DNA of 64,000 nt, taken from the NCBI GenBank assembly GCA_000004985.1, contig GG738927.1; one strand, given 5' to 3'. This document shows, piece after piece, positions 43,636 through 55,862 of this stretch; within the stretch, counting starts at the first letter, position 1, and each line of letters opens with the position of its first letter. Source of the stretch: Naegleria gruberi. Its lineage: Eukaryota. A program made the translations under genes and the position numbers. The notes below the pieces were generated by a model. The model had not been told where the DNA came from, did not search any database, and was given only the letters and a program-made list of their open reading frames with translations.

Positions 43636-44844
43636 TTATTTTTTGAATTGATGAAAGGATGATTGATAAGTATCTACGCGCATTCCTTTCTGTTTACATG
43701 ATTCTATCAGTTTTCCAGGTTCAACATACATGCCTGCATAGTGCACACCAGCTGAAATTGTCTTGTTCGATCTGTTTTCCATCATTTGTTCAAGAACAGA
43801 GGCAATGGAAGCTGCTGTCAGGTTGTAGACATGGTCATGATAAATGGATAAGAAATATGAAGCACCTTCATCGTTAAATGCTTCTACTTGAACTGCTGCA
43901 CCGAATGGAGCTTTCACTTTACCAGTTGACCAAGGAAGAAGTTTGGAAAGAGGTTTTACCATGCATGACATATATTTGCCACTCATCTGAAGGCCAAGCA
44001 TGATTAAATCTGGCACCATTCCCATTTCTGTAATATAAGCTCCTGTATTTCTCAATGATGGAATGTCCAAACTCTTCATTTCTTCCAATTCCAAAGGATA
44101 GCACGAGAGTGTCTTGTCACCAATGGATGGAAAGTTGAACTTTCTTGCCATGACACTGTCAGAAGTCCATTTACCATCTATCATGACATTACTTCCAGAT
44201 TCTTTCATATAATCCACAATATCTTTAATTCCTGAAGTCATCTCCATACCACCTTCTTCTCTTGACATGATGGCAACTGTAGCTCTCGACATATTTGGTA
44301 AATGTTTTGCTGCCTCCCTCACAAGTGGACTTCCCAATCCTGGATACATTCCAGTTTGACAAACAATGGTAATATTCTGTTCCTTAGCTCTATCATGGAG
44401 TGGTTTCAATAATCTTGAAGTGCTTGGTGACATGTGTGGATCAATCCAATCGACACCACATTCAATGGCCAATTCTGCCAATTTCACAGTATGTTCATGA
44501 TCATCCAATGGAGGAATAGTATTCACAACAGCATCATGACCTTGCAATAACTTCCTTATCGAATCATCATCTGAATTCTTCAGACAATCTTCCAATTGTA
44601 TTTCATGTAATTCAATTCTTCCTTCCAAATTACAAATTGATTGTAATTCCTTCATCAAATCATCTCTCAATTTCTCTAATCTTCCTCGTGTTCTTCCAAC
44701 AAGTGTTAAGCTAAAACCGGTACTATATTGAAGAATGTATCTGGAAACCTGACGACCAGTTTCTCCTGTTGCTCCGAAAATGCAAATTCTCTGCATGGTT
44801 GCTAATGGTGAGGGATGTTGATGAATTATTTTCGGTATTATCAA
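43636..44844 (-). CDS. Saccharopine dehydrogenase-like NAD(P)-binding oxidoreductase
   Basis: IFGATGETGRQV Rossmann motif typical of the saccharopine dehydrogenase family. 402-aa ORF. The true start is possibly Met17 (MQRICIFGATG) at 44796. Confidence 0.55.
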   Translation of the reverse strand: MIIPKIIHQHPSPLATMQRICIFGATGETGRQVSRYILQYSTGFSLTLVGRTRGRLEKLRDDLMKELQSICNLEGRIELHEIQLEDCLKNSDDDSIRKLLQGHDAVVNTIPPLDDHEHTVKLAELAIECGVDWIDPHMSPSTSRLLKPLHDRAKEQNITIVCQTGMYPGLGSPLVREAAKHLPNMSRATVAIMSREEGGMEMTSGIKDIVDYMKESGSNVMIDGKWTSDSVMARKFNFPSIGDKTLSCYPLELEEMKSLDIPSLRNTGAYITEMGMVPDLIMLGLQMSGKYMSCMVKPLSKLLPWSTGKVKAPFGAAVQVEAFNDEGASYFLSIYHDHVYNLTAASIASVLEQMMENRSNKTISAGVHYAGMYVEPGKLIESCKQKGMRVDTYQSSFHQFKK

Positions 44845-45638
44845 TACTAATCATTTTGTTTGTTTGTTTTTTTTGAATAAATTTCATCCCATTGAATTGG
44901 GCAATCTTTTAAGCTGTTGTTATTAAACAACTTGAGATGGGAATAATTTATTGGCGTGTTGTTGGTTGTTTGTATGTTAGGTGTTAAGCACAAAATCAGG
45001 ACATGATAAAGTGGAGGTCCTTAGTAGTACCAATAGTGCGCACGCATTCTTTTTGGCCTTTTCATTTTTTCATCATTTGATGAAATTGAATAAATATTAA
45101 TATTTATTGATGATGACCGTTGTTATATTGAACATGGAATATCAGTAAAAGTATTGAATAAAGCGGGTGCAACCTTCTGCGTAATCACGTTTTTCTACTA
45201 GGAAATTGTGTTTCTGCCATTTTGCTTGTATCTCCCTCATTTGTTGATGATACCGGAAAGAAAATATAGCACTATATAGAGCCTGTGATGGTTGTTTAAA
45301 GGTGGAATTATGCCAGATGGTGAGATGAAATTATTAAATATATATAAAGTTGGCTCAATCTTCAGCTAATTATCAAAAGATTGTTGTTTGATTTCTTGTG
45401 ATGTTTCAAAATAAAGAACTTTAAAACACAAAAAAGTTGTTTGCCAAATTTCTTAAAATCATGTGTGAAGCCAATCTCCAGACGTGGCATATTGTAAGAT
45501 TTGATGAAATATTACCTTCAAATATCAAGAAAGAACACTATGTTTTCGTTTTCATTTGTAAAAAACAAAATAATGGAACTTGAGTAGGAGTTGAATTTTG
45601 TAAACTTCCGTTTTCGAATTGTAAACGTTTTAAAAAAA

Positions 45639-46826
45639 ATGCCAATAACATTCCAAGTGACTCAAGTCCATCCTGAAACTGTGAAGGTAGATGGTGATGC
45701 ATTTGATCCGAAACAAGTCCTTCCATCTCTTCCGGAAGATAGAAAGTCGACGAAACCGATCACTGATTATTATGACATCAAGCCAATTCAGTCAAGCTTT
45801 GGAAATTCACCTGTATTTAATATTGGAAGTAATTCGTTTGTGATGAGTGGTGTACAAGCCTATTCGAAACATCATCATTGGGTAATCAAACCAGATGACG
45901 TTTGGATTGCAATTTGCTCTCAATTTTCGAATTATGTAAACGAAAGATCAGAAAAGTTGAGAAGTAAATTCGTTGATTTTGATGGAAAGAAGGAATTAGT
46001 CGTGAAAGGTATTGGAACTTTATATACTGCCAATTATGAAGATCTTTCTATTCGAATGACAAGTGAAATTGCCAAAAATATTAAGGATCCAAGTGTAAGA
46101 GAATGGGTCATGCCAGATTTCACAACAACTACTCAATCAGATCGAATGGTTGGTGCAGTTGTCTTGATGGCAGCTATGAAAAAGTATTTTGATTACAAAT
46201 TTGAATTGGAATGCAATTTACCAAGTGTTACTTTATTAGGACAAGTTGAAGATTGGATTAAAATTAGAGAAAGAGCTAATCGATTGCTTGAATTTGATAC
46301 TGAGGAAGAATGTATGAAGAAATGGTCTCAATATTTATTCCCAGTTTTGGATAAATTTGTGGAATCCATTAAGGGAAATCCAGATAAGGAATGGTGGAAT
46401 AGAGTAGCTAACTTTTTAGGAGGAGGTTCAGGACCTTCTTTTATCAGTGGTTGGATTACAACTTTTTGTGTATTTTCAGAAACTGGCAAATGGTTGGGTG
46501 ATCAAAAAACAGAAGGTGAGGTTTGGTATGAGGATGAGGATGACAACGAACCAAAGGAAAAAGTAAGAGAAAGGGAATGGCCTGTCATTGATGATGAAGA
46601 AATACCAAGAGGATATGTCAGTGTTCCAATTACTGTGGATGATAATGGAACAGTTTACAAAACTGAAATGTTTGCAGGACATATTGTTGCCTCAGTATTG
46701 AACCAAAATTCAATTCAACCACGAGTTGACTGGGCACTTTTCTTAAAGAAGGAAGATTATGATAAGGAATATCAATGTGCAAATGATGAGGATGATGAGG
46801 ATAACATGGACGAAAGCATGGACTAG
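45639..46826 (+). CDS. Hypothetical conserved protein with an acidic C-terminus
   Basis: ATG at 45639 (aaaaaaaATGcca), inside track ORF 45591..46826. No catalytic motif recognised. Confidence 0.4.
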   Translation: MPITFQVTQVHPETVKVDGDAFDPKQVLPSLPEDRKSTKPITDYYDIKPIQSSFGNSPVFNIGSNSFVMSGVQAYSKHHHWVIKPDDVWIAICSQFSNYVNERSEKLRSKFVDFDGKKELVVKGIGTLYTANYEDLSIRMTSEIAKNIKDPSVREWVMPDFTTTTQSDRMVGAVVLMAAMKKYFDYKFELECNLPSVTLLGQVEDWIKIRERANRLLEFDTEEECMKKWSQYLFPVLDKFVESIKGNPDKEWWNRVANFLGGGSGPSFISGWITTFCVFSETGKWLGDQKTEGEVWYEDEDDNEPKEKVREREWPVIDDEEIPRGYVSVPITVDDNGTVYKTEMFAGHIVASVLNQNSIQPRVDWALFLKKEDYDKEYQCANDEDDEDNMDESMD

Positions 46827-47120
46827 TAAATTATTACAAAAAGTTAACACTGACTGTAAACCTGCATTGTAATCAATTAAATACACATCTGGAATTTTGT
46901 ATTTAAAAAGAATTTAAAAACAATGTAATGAAACAAACAAAATTCTATATTTTTTTAGAGGGCTTCTTGGAATTTTATGATTTTCCAAATATATCCAAGT
47001 AGTAAGGCATAATTGCTTTAAAATGTATAGAGCACTGACAGTCAAACATCATTAGATGATTACTAAACTATTATGTAATGCGGAGGACAATGATAGAAAC
47101 AATATTTAAAAAAAAAAAAG

Positions 47121-49231
47121 ATGTTTAACATTCATTGTGTAACGATCATGATAGTGGTGATGATATCACTGATTTGTGTTGTTGCTTCTGTTGTATCTGC
47201 ACAACAGAGAATCGATGTCAAGTATTCGATTCAAACTATTGTTGGTACTGGACAAACAAGTTTTAACAGGGATGGATTGACTGGATTGGCCACCACAATT
47301 AATAGCCCTATTGGTTTGTTTTATGAGGAAAGAAGTGGAGACTTGTACTTTGCAGATACTAGTAAGTTTAGTCCATGTTGTTTAGTTTACATGTCGTTCG
47401 AATCCTAAGTGAATCATAGAGTACGAGTATTGAGAAATAATTCAGGATTAATAGAAGCAGTAGCTGGAAACGGAACAGCTGGATACACTGGAGAAGGAAT
47501 TCTTGCTGTCAACTCGACACTTAACAGACCTTACGGTTTGTTTATTTCGAATAACAATGATATTTACATTGCTGGAAACTATGCCAATCGAATTCATCTA
47601 GTTTCTTCCAAGGACAACAAGCTGTACACATTCGCTGGCACAGGTGTTTCTGGATTCAATGGTGATGGCTTACTTGCCAATCAATCAAGATTTACACAAC
47701 CACTAGATATTAAACTGATCAACCAAGATAATCCAAACAACATGCAAATGATCATTGCTGATACATATGGCAGTAGAATTAGAGTGGTGAACATTTCAAC
47801 GATGATCACAAAAACACTTTCAACTCTTAGGTAAGTTTCTAACAAAGTTTCGTATGAACATGTTGTTTAGTTATCCTTTTGGAATAGAATCAGATAGTGA
47901 TTCTAATGAATTACTCATTGGATGTGCATCACCAAACAGTTATGTTATCCGTTATAATCTCAACACAAATATCATCACAACCGTGACAGGTGTCAATGGA
48001 AATTCTTCTCACACAGGTGATGGTGGACTAGCTCAATTCGCCACTTTTAACAATGTGAATGGTGTTGCTATTTCCAAACTAAACGGAGCCATTTATATTG
48101 CTGAACCGAATGGTAATACTATTCGAAAGATTTCTAAAAATGGAATAATTACAGCAATTGCTGGAAGTGGGTCATCAGGTTACAATGGAGATAATCAACA
48201 AGATGCCACCAAATCTAATTTAAATGCACCAAGAGTAATTGTTACTACCAAATCTGGAGAAATCTTTTTCACAGATACTAGTAATAATAGAATAAGAAAG
48301 TTGACAGCTGTTTGTCCAACTGGATATGTTATGGATGCGTTTAAAACTGTGTGTTTGGCAACATGTTATGGAATTGTTTATAATAATTCAAATGTTTGTG
48401 GTTCGAATGGAAAATGTCAGGCAGTTGACAGTTGTGTTTGTGATAGTGGATATTATGGACTAGATTGTTCGATTCCTGTTTGTTTGAAGTCTACAAATGG
48501 AGAATGTGTAAATGTCACTAGTACACCAGTTATTATTGAAAACATTGAAACAAGTCAATTGTCAAACAAATCAATTTCAATTGGTAGCTCAGAAAATAAC
48601 TCTACATCCAATTCGTCCATCTCAATTTCATTCCCTTCAGATTTTTCCAATTATGTTTCTAATCAAACAACTTCCTCATTAATTTCACTCTTAACAGCTG
48701 TCTCCAAGGGAGGAGAAAATGTGACAACTTCAAACACAACCACTTCTTCAATTGTTTCAGATATTATCACAATTTCACTTGCCTTAACAAACGGAGAAAA
48801 GATTCAAGTTTCTAAATTAGATAATCCAATTCAAATATTATTCCAAAAGCCATCAACATTTTATGGAAATTTGACATGCATGTATTTTGATGAATTGGTT
48901 AATGAATGGAAATTAGATGGAGTGGAAACTAAGATTGAAGAATGGACTGTAACTTGTCTGACTTCTCATTTGACATCATTTTCAGTAATTGACATTAATC
49001 TCAAGAAGGAAATTGTTAAGCCAAACAACCCTAAGAATATCTATTAAGATTATTACCGATAGCAACGGAACTACCATAACAACTAGAACTGAATCTAATC
49101 AACTCTCTGAAGAAGCTATTATCGCCATTTCAGTTTCAATTGCTGGAGCTGCAATTGTGTGTTGTGTTGTTGCAGTTATTGTAATGGTTGTAATTTGTAT
49201 GATTAGAAGAAAAGGATCAAACAATAAGTAA
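47121..49231 (+). CDS. Type-I membrane protein with a signal peptide, NHL (six-bladed propeller) repeats, an EGF-like module, a Ser/Thr-rich stalk, a GPS (GPCR-proteolysis-site) motif, a single TM and a short basic tail; four exons
   Basis: Signal-like MIVVMISLICVVASVVSA. NHL-like: YFADTS, GNTIRKISKNGIITAIAGSGSSGYNGD, IFFTDTSNNRIRKL. EGF: CQAVDSCVCDSGYYGLDCSIPVC. GPS: CMYFDELVNEWKLDGVETKIEEWTVTCLTSHLTSFSVI. TM: AIIAISVSIAGAAIVCCVVAVIVMVVICMI. Intron 47362-47409 is 48 nt. Intron 47831-47870 is 40 nt. Intron 48985-49048 is 64 nt. All have GTAAGT/GTAATT donors and frames that match. Confidence 0.6.
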
Positions 49232-49245
49232 ATTCATATTTCTAA

Positions 49246-52200
49246 TTATTTGTTTTGTTTCACTAAACTATCGAAATCAATTGTCTTCTTCAATTTCTTT
49301 GAAGCGTTTTCAACTATTCTATTATTCTTATTCATTCGTTTGAGGAATTCAGTATTGTATCTCAATGAATAATGTGCAAAACGAAGTGATTCAATATTGA
49401 TATCCATTGCTTGAGCAATAAAATCTTCATCACTAATAATTTCGTAAGAGGCTACCTCAAGAGCTGTAACATCGTGCTGTATAGCTCTCAGAACAATATC
49501 TCTATCATTTCTCATTTCAAACAATGCATAACAGAGGGCAGAATAACTTGTTTCATGACTAACCGCGTGCATTACAATTTCCTTATCGTTTAGGAATTCA
49601 GGTACTGCAAATTGAAGTGTGTCTTGATGGTTTTGGGCACATTTTAGAACAACATTTCTGTTATGTATAAACTTAAGAGGTACATATTGCAAAACCTTTC
49701 CATTGACAGAAGCACACTCCAAAACAAATTCTTCATCGTTTTGCAGTTCTTCACTGGCATAAAGGAATGCAACAGCATCGCTTTTGATGGCTTTTAGCAT
49801 AATTTCTCTATTATTTTTAAATTCATTCTTTAACTCTGCAGACAAGTGCATAATTGAATCACCACTTAGCTCTAGTGATCTCAAAGCTATTTCTCTGTCT
49901 TCTCTTAACCTAATTGGTACGTTAAGTATATCGTAAGTTTTTGGTTCAATCTCCAAAATAAAGTTCCTATCCATTTTCAGTCTATTGGAAACATACAAAA
50001 GATTATTCATATTTACATTTACAGCCATAAGGGCAAACTGTCTATCATTTTTAAAAGAATAGTCTAAATCATTTAGTGATCTAAGTCTTAATGCAATCAT
50101 TGCTGCTTCCTTATTAAGATTCACTGGTTTCTTTAAAAATTCTGCAGGCAACCATTTTCTCAATGCTTCTAATACTTCTTCATCATTTTTCATTTCTTCA
50201 GAGATATGTTGATAACACTCTGCTGATATTTTTAAAGCTGTAAGGATGACTTCCTTATCGTTCTTCAATTCTTCAGATGCATACTGTAAGGTACTTGCAT
50301 CTTGACTGACAGCATTTAAAATAAGCTCTCTATCATTTGCAAGTGATTCTGGAACGTAATGAATTACATAACCATAAATCTTTGCCATCTTTCTCATAAA
50401 ATCTACATTACTCTTTAATCGATCTGAAACACATTCAAAAAAATAATGTCCGTACCCTGTCTCTGTATAAGATATTGCTGCTTCAACTATTTCCTCATCA
50501 TCTCTATATTGTTCTGGAACATTCTTTAGATTATTTCGATCGTATCTACATGATTCATAAACAATCTCTCTATCTAATTCTATTTCATTGTAATCACTCA
50601 ATCTGAACCCATTTCTTAGTGCAATTATTAATAATTCTCTATCATTTAGGAGAGAGCGACTTGCATATTTAAATTCACTTCCATAAAGTTGAATAGCTGT
50701 TAAAACTATTTCTCTATCTTGTTTGAATTCCTGTGGCAAAGTTTCGATGCTTCCTGTTCTTTTAGCATGTTCCAATATTAAATCTCTATCTTCTTTCAAA
50801 TTATATCCAAAGTATTGAGAAATAGTATTAAATGAATTTCTAATTGCTCTTAAAACAAATTCTCTGTCTCTTCTCACAGATTCAGGAGCATATTCTAAGA
50901 AGGTACTGTCTTTAATTATTGTACACTCTAATATTTCTGTATCCATTCTCAATTCCTTAGACGCAAAGGTAAAATTTGTTGAGTCAAATAAAATTGCCTC
51001 TAATACCAGTTCTCTGTCGTTCTTCAGCTCATCAGAAGCATATTCTAGAGCCCCATAATGTTGCTTTACAGCTAATCTGATCAATTCTCTATCATTTCTA
51101 AACTCTTCATTTAAATTCTCTAAAACTTTACGCTCGGATAGTATACAGTCTAAAATTAATTGTCTATCAGTTTTTAACTCGTCGTGAGATATATTTTCGA
51201 AACACGCTGGATCAATGTTGACGATTCTTTTTTGTCGTGATGCATTAAGTGCTTTGAAATCCTCTTTGGAATACCACATGGCATTGCTGTATTTACATTG
51301 AATATCCAATAACTCGTCAATAAAATCATTATCATTGGCTAGAGATGAATTAACGTAATCAAGAAAAGTGAAAAAATTATTTGCTCCAGAAATACAGTTC
51401 AAAATGAATTCTCTATCTTCTTTCAGATCTGTCAGTGAGGAGAGCGAGTGAGCATCTTTCGAAACAGCAAGAGTCGCTATTTCCCTATCCTTCCAGAAAA
51501 TAGGATCTGCATATTGTAAAGCCCTTCCAGATTTAACAGCATCATAAACTATTTCTCTATCCTTTTTAAATTGTGGTGAAACATCTCTCAAACTATCTCC
51601 TTTCTTCTTTACAATTTCCAAAACAAAATCTCTATCTGATCGCAAGCTTTCGGCTGCGTATAAGAAATAAAAACCTGGAGAGTTAGCAGCACTCAATACT
51701 ATTTCCTTATCAGCAGTAAATTCTTTTGGTGCAAATCTAAGAGTACACGTATATCTAGAACTTTTGGTGGATAATAGAACTATTTCTCGATCTTTTAAAT
51801 TGTCTGGAACATATTCTAGAACTGAACCGTCTTTCTTGATTGCTTTCAAAATAACATCTCTATTATTTTTCAAATTGGCTGAAACATATTGTAAACATTT
51901 TGGTTGTTGTTCAACAGCCAACCTCGCAATTTCGTCATCATCGTGAAAATGTGGTAAATGTTCGAACAGAGTTGAATCCACAAACATTTTTGGTTTACAT
52001 TTTAGTGCCTTCAACACAAAATTCTTGTCAGTCTTCAACCTTTGACTTGCAAATTCAATTGCAGAAACGTTCTCTTTGATAGCTGCCAGTACAACCAGTT
52101 CATCATTCTTCAAATCATCCGATGCATGTTCCAAAACACGACCATCAGCACGAACAATTTTAAGAAGTGCTAATTTACAATCATTGTCTGGTAACGGATT

Positions 52201-52413
52201 TTCTTCAATGTACTCCACAGCAGATTGATTTTTTCTCTTAAAGAATGCTGTTAAATGATCATAAACCTTTTTGTTTTTCGCAATTCTTTCCTCGTAAACT
52301 GATGCAAAGTGTTGAGAAAGCAATCGGTCCGATGATGATCCGCCATAAATTTCGGGATGGTCATCTTGATGATGAAAATTTATAAAAAGATCGCCAAAGA
52401 CAACTTTCGACAT
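49246..52413 (-). CDS. Giant protein (1055 aa) made of tandem DUF4116-like repeats
   Basis: Roughly 30 reiterations of an approximately 36-aa unit (L-K-x-D-R-E/D-I/F-V-L-x-A-h-x...L-x-Y-A-S-x-E-L) in a single exon. ATG at 52413 after an A-run. Confidence 0.6.
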   Translation of the reverse strand: MSKVVFGDLFINFHHQDDHPEIYGGSSSDRLLSQHFASVYEERIAKNKKVYDHLTAFFKRKNQSAVEYIEENPLPDNDCKLALLKIVRADGRVLEHASDDLKNDELVVLAAIKENVSAIEFASQRLKTDKNFVLKALKCKPKMFVDSTLFEHLPHFHDDDEIARLAVEQQPKCLQYVSANLKNNRDVILKAIKKDGSVLEYVPDNLKDREIVLLSTKSSRYTCTLRFAPKEFTADKEIVLSAANSPGFYFLYAAESLRSDRDFVLEIVKKKGDSLRDVSPQFKKDREIVYDAVKSGRALQYADPIFWKDREIATLAVSKDAHSLSSLTDLKEDREFILNCISGANNFFTFLDYVNSSLANDNDFIDELLDIQCKYSNAMWYSKEDFKALNASRQKRIVNIDPACFENISHDELKTDRQLILDCILSERKVLENLNEEFRNDRELIRLAVKQHYGALEYASDELKNDRELVLEAILFDSTNFTFASKELRMDTEILECTIIKDSTFLEYAPESVRRDREFVLRAIRNSFNTISQYFGYNLKEDRDLILEHAKRTGSIETLPQEFKQDREIVLTAIQLYGSEFKYASRSLLNDRELLIIALRNGFRLSDYNEIELDREIVYESCRYDRNNLKNVPEQYRDDEEIVEAAISYTETGYGHYFFECVSDRLKSNVDFMRKMAKIYGYVIHYVPESLANDRELILNAVSQDASTLQYASEELKNDKEVILTALKISAECYQHISEEMKNDEEVLEALRKWLPAEFLKKPVNLNKEAAMIALRLRSLNDLDYSFKNDRQFALMAVNVNMNNLLYVSNRLKMDRNFILEIEPKTYDILNVPIRLREDREIALRSLELSGDSIMHLSAELKNEFKNNREIMLKAIKSDAVAFLYASEELQNDEEFVLECASVNGKVLQYVPLKFIHNRNVVLKCAQNHQDTLQFAVPEFLNDKEIVMHAVSHETSYSALCYALFEMRNDRDIVLRAIQHDVTALEVASYEIISDEDFIAQAMDINIESLRFAHYSLRYNTEFLKRMNKNNRIVENASKKLKKTIDFDSLVKQNK

Positions 52414-52486
52414 TTTTTTTTGAATGTTTTTCCGAAAGGAAACTTTGAAATTGATTCTTCAAATTATTGTAAAGCTTTTGAATATT

Positions 52487-53637
52487 TCAATCTGAACATG
52501 TGGTTAGTATGATGTCTGATAGTACTGATGGTTGCCTACAGAGTGTTTTGTAAAGATATGTTATTAATCTTGTGGTGAACAATGATTTGGAAATGTAAAC
52601 ATGTTCATTGGTTGACTGTGTGGATGATCTCAATAGTGATTCATAACATTCGAGGTCAGATAGCGTATTGATGAAATGATATTCAAATTTTTCGCCTTCT
52701 CTTATATATTCAAACACATTTTGATATCTGTCAATAATGGAATTCAATGCAATTCGTTCACTACTCTTTAAGTTTTCAATTTGTCTCAATTCCACTCTAT
52801 CACTATTGGATTCCAACTCTGAGGTGTTTGAATTAGCTAGTTTTGCAAGAAACAGATCTGCCATTGTAAAAATTACAACGACTCTCAAATCTTTTGTAAA
52901 TTTGTTTGTTAAAATCTCTTTAAATAACTCAATTGATTCGTGCATTTCATTAAAACCCTCATCAAAGCAGTCTTTGGTCCAAATCTTGCTGTTTGAGCCA
53001 ACTCTGAAAACCTCCTCCATCTATTCTCTGTGACTGAAGACAGCCGATTCTTTACATCAACCAAATTATATACTTCACCAGTTGGGTTGATCTTTAAATC
53101 TGAAATTCGCTCTCTTTTTTGGGACATATATTTCAGTAGATCAGTAGAAATTCTTCCTCTATCAAGTAATGAGAAAAACTTGTCATAATTTGCAAAATTC
53201 GTCCAGTTATTGTGACTATTACTAAATATTCTTTCCTTTGCAAATTCTCTAACTTGCACAGTACTCTTCCACAACTCCACAAATAATAAGTAATTATCCG
53301 AAAATCCTTTCAATATATTAAACCATGTTACGTTGGGAGTAGGAGAGCCGAGTACTTTTTTCACATTTTGAATTTCCAAACTATCATCCGAACTAATTCT
53401 AAACACTTCCTCTCTCACCTGATCATTCATTTCATTCAATAAACTTGCAAATGCATCAATGCAACGATTTGTTATTAGAATTTCCAACTTTTCCGATTTG
53501 TAAATATCTTGTTGTGTGTAACTTGCAAGTGAGCGTATGAAGACTGTTTTGCCACTTCCTTCAAATCCCAACAGAAGAATAGTAGGCAGGGGAGGTGATG
53601 TAGGTTTGTTAACAACTTTTGATTTCTTTCCTCCCAT
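52487..53637 (-). CDS. Divergent G-protein alpha-like protein (switch II reads RVGSNS instead of DVGGQR); two exons
   Basis: MGGKKSK myristoylation-like N-terminus. P-loop LLLGFEGSGKT. After a 35-nt intron (53021-53055, GTAAAG..ATAG), ...TGEVYNLVD joins MEEVFRVGSNSKIWTKDCFDEGFNEMHESIELFKEILTNKFTKDLRVVVIFTMADLF. This aligns to Gα TGIVE...[23 protein letters not shown]...NRMHESMKLF...NKKDLF. Confidence 0.55.
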
Positions 53638-55136
53638 TTTTTGATAATTTGATTGGTATTGTAATTTGTCTTCGCCTTTGAACTGTTGTTGATGGATGTA
53701 ACATGTTTAGAGAATTAAATTGATATTGTATATGTATTGTTGATGATGAATTTGTTGTTTGAAAATACATGCAAAGAGGATCTTGATAAATTTATGCCAA
53801 ATAATTCCTAAATGATAATAAACAATATTGTTTATTATCTAGTTAAATAGTAGTGTTGAAGACATAGTGCAATTTGATGAAGTACGTGTTGAGTTATGAT
53901 GTAATTTCGGTTGGACCTATTCCTATCAAAATTCACGGGACAAATTCTGGTATGATATTATTGACCATTTAGAACAATGTTACATTGATAGTTTTCCAAC
54001 TTGTCCAGTACATCTAGCAGTGATGAAGATTTTAGTGAAAATTGTTTTTCCAAAGAAAAATTATACTAAAAATATATTTCCATCATAATACTACTATTAT
54101 CTTGATATATAATAATGATGATGGTTGGTGAATGATCAGACGAGAGGTATCACCACAAGTTTCCATCATATAAAATAATTTCCAATTTAACATAATACAA
54201 AACATTACTAATATTAATACTATTCATATGGTGTTACCATAGTGCCGTGAAAGTTTGGTAGCATCACCATAAGAAACCATCCCGAAAATCATCATCTCCA
54301 CATTGGACCACAAAGGGTTGAATATTTTTTTAAGACTTTTATTAAAAATAAAAATTAATAAAAAATGGATTAACACCACAACATAATTATAAGCCTCTTA
54401 GTTTCAAATTCTTCTAATAATTTGGGAAAATCATCAAATATGAAATCACCAAAATACTCCCATCAACAAACGAGTGAACGATGTCTTGCATTTTGAAGAA
54501 GAAGAATGGTGTACACCAACAAAGAAAAGCAAAAATTCATCATGATTCCGAAGTTACAAACACTTCCTAGTGGAATTATCATCAAATCAAATCCGAAAAA
54601 CCAATTAATTGTACCAGTTTTGTTGATGGAGCAAGTTATGAAATTAAGTCCTTCTAAACAACCATCATCACCACCTAAAAAAAGTAACAATCATAGTATT
54701 GAGGATAATTGCTTAAACTCAATTACAAAACTTTGAATAATTACACAGCCATAAAAGGATGGTTTCGAATTATGGCAACATTGTTGCAAGTTTTATAATC
54801 GGTGTTAATTACTTAACCATTGGGGTTTCCAACCAAGCTGAGATGGGTGCCAATTTTGGACAAGTTTGCCGCTTGTGAAATATTTGGTAGCAAAAACATT
54901 TGTTGTGTGAATCTTCATAGAAAAAAAGTGAAAAACATCCACCCGTGATGATTGGCTTGATGTTAAATTCAATATTTATTATCAGCTTGTACTAAATGAT
55001 TGTTAGATTGAATAGTACTGGTATTTTGCAACACTTTTACTTTTAAAGTTTAGAATAATTTCTTGACTAAACTCGTTCACCACTTTTGTTTGTGTGAACG
55101 AAATCTAAAGCGTTACTAGTTTGGAAGAACAATAAC

Positions 55137-55862
55137 ATGTCCACAACAACAACTACTCTAGGAACAATATCCACTATCAATTCGAATATAACCTTGATGC
55201 AAACATGTATTCGAATGGATCCGTCTGGTTTCACATATGTGCCTTGGATTTGGGACATCTTTGGTGAGTGTGTTCACGATATTCGTGAGCAATCTTCCTT
55301 CGCTATTGGTATGATTTCGTTAGGTTTCTGGATTATGGCCCTGCTGCCACAAGTCATTGCCAATTTCAAGAACAGAGATGCCAGCTCGCTGTCAACTGGT
55401 TATCTCATCCAAATTACATTAGGAGATGCAGCAAGTATGACTGCAGGTATCATGAGTGGTCAATTAATTACTCAGATTTTGTTGAGTGCCTATTTTGTGT
55501 TGATGGATGTAGTCATGATTGTTCAATATATAATTTTCGTGATAATTCCAAAGATTTATAGGAAAATTGTAAAGAAAGAGGAACGTGGGGATGATTTGAA
55601 AGGCAAGGAAATGAAGGAAGTTGTGAATAATGAGAAAGTGGTAAAGAAGGAAGAAAATACAAAGCATGAGATTGTGAAGAGCTCAGTGATGATTTCGTTA
55701 TTGTCTGTTTTGGTGATGGTTGCATTCTTTGCTTCAATTGTTGGCTTTTCACGAGCTAGTTCAGAAAGTTATGCGACTACACTTTCGAATAATAGAATTT
55801 CTAGGAAACTTTTACATGCTGTTCCAGAGGGAAAGGAATATCCACAGAAGAAGCTATCACAA
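55137..55862 (+). CDS. PQ-loop repeat (cystinosin/PQLC2-like) membrane transporter, 3'-partial (runs into a 1267-N gap)
   Basis: PQ-loop motif FWIMALLPQVIANFKNRDASSLSTGY; multiple TM helices. ATG at 55137. Confidence 0.5.
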
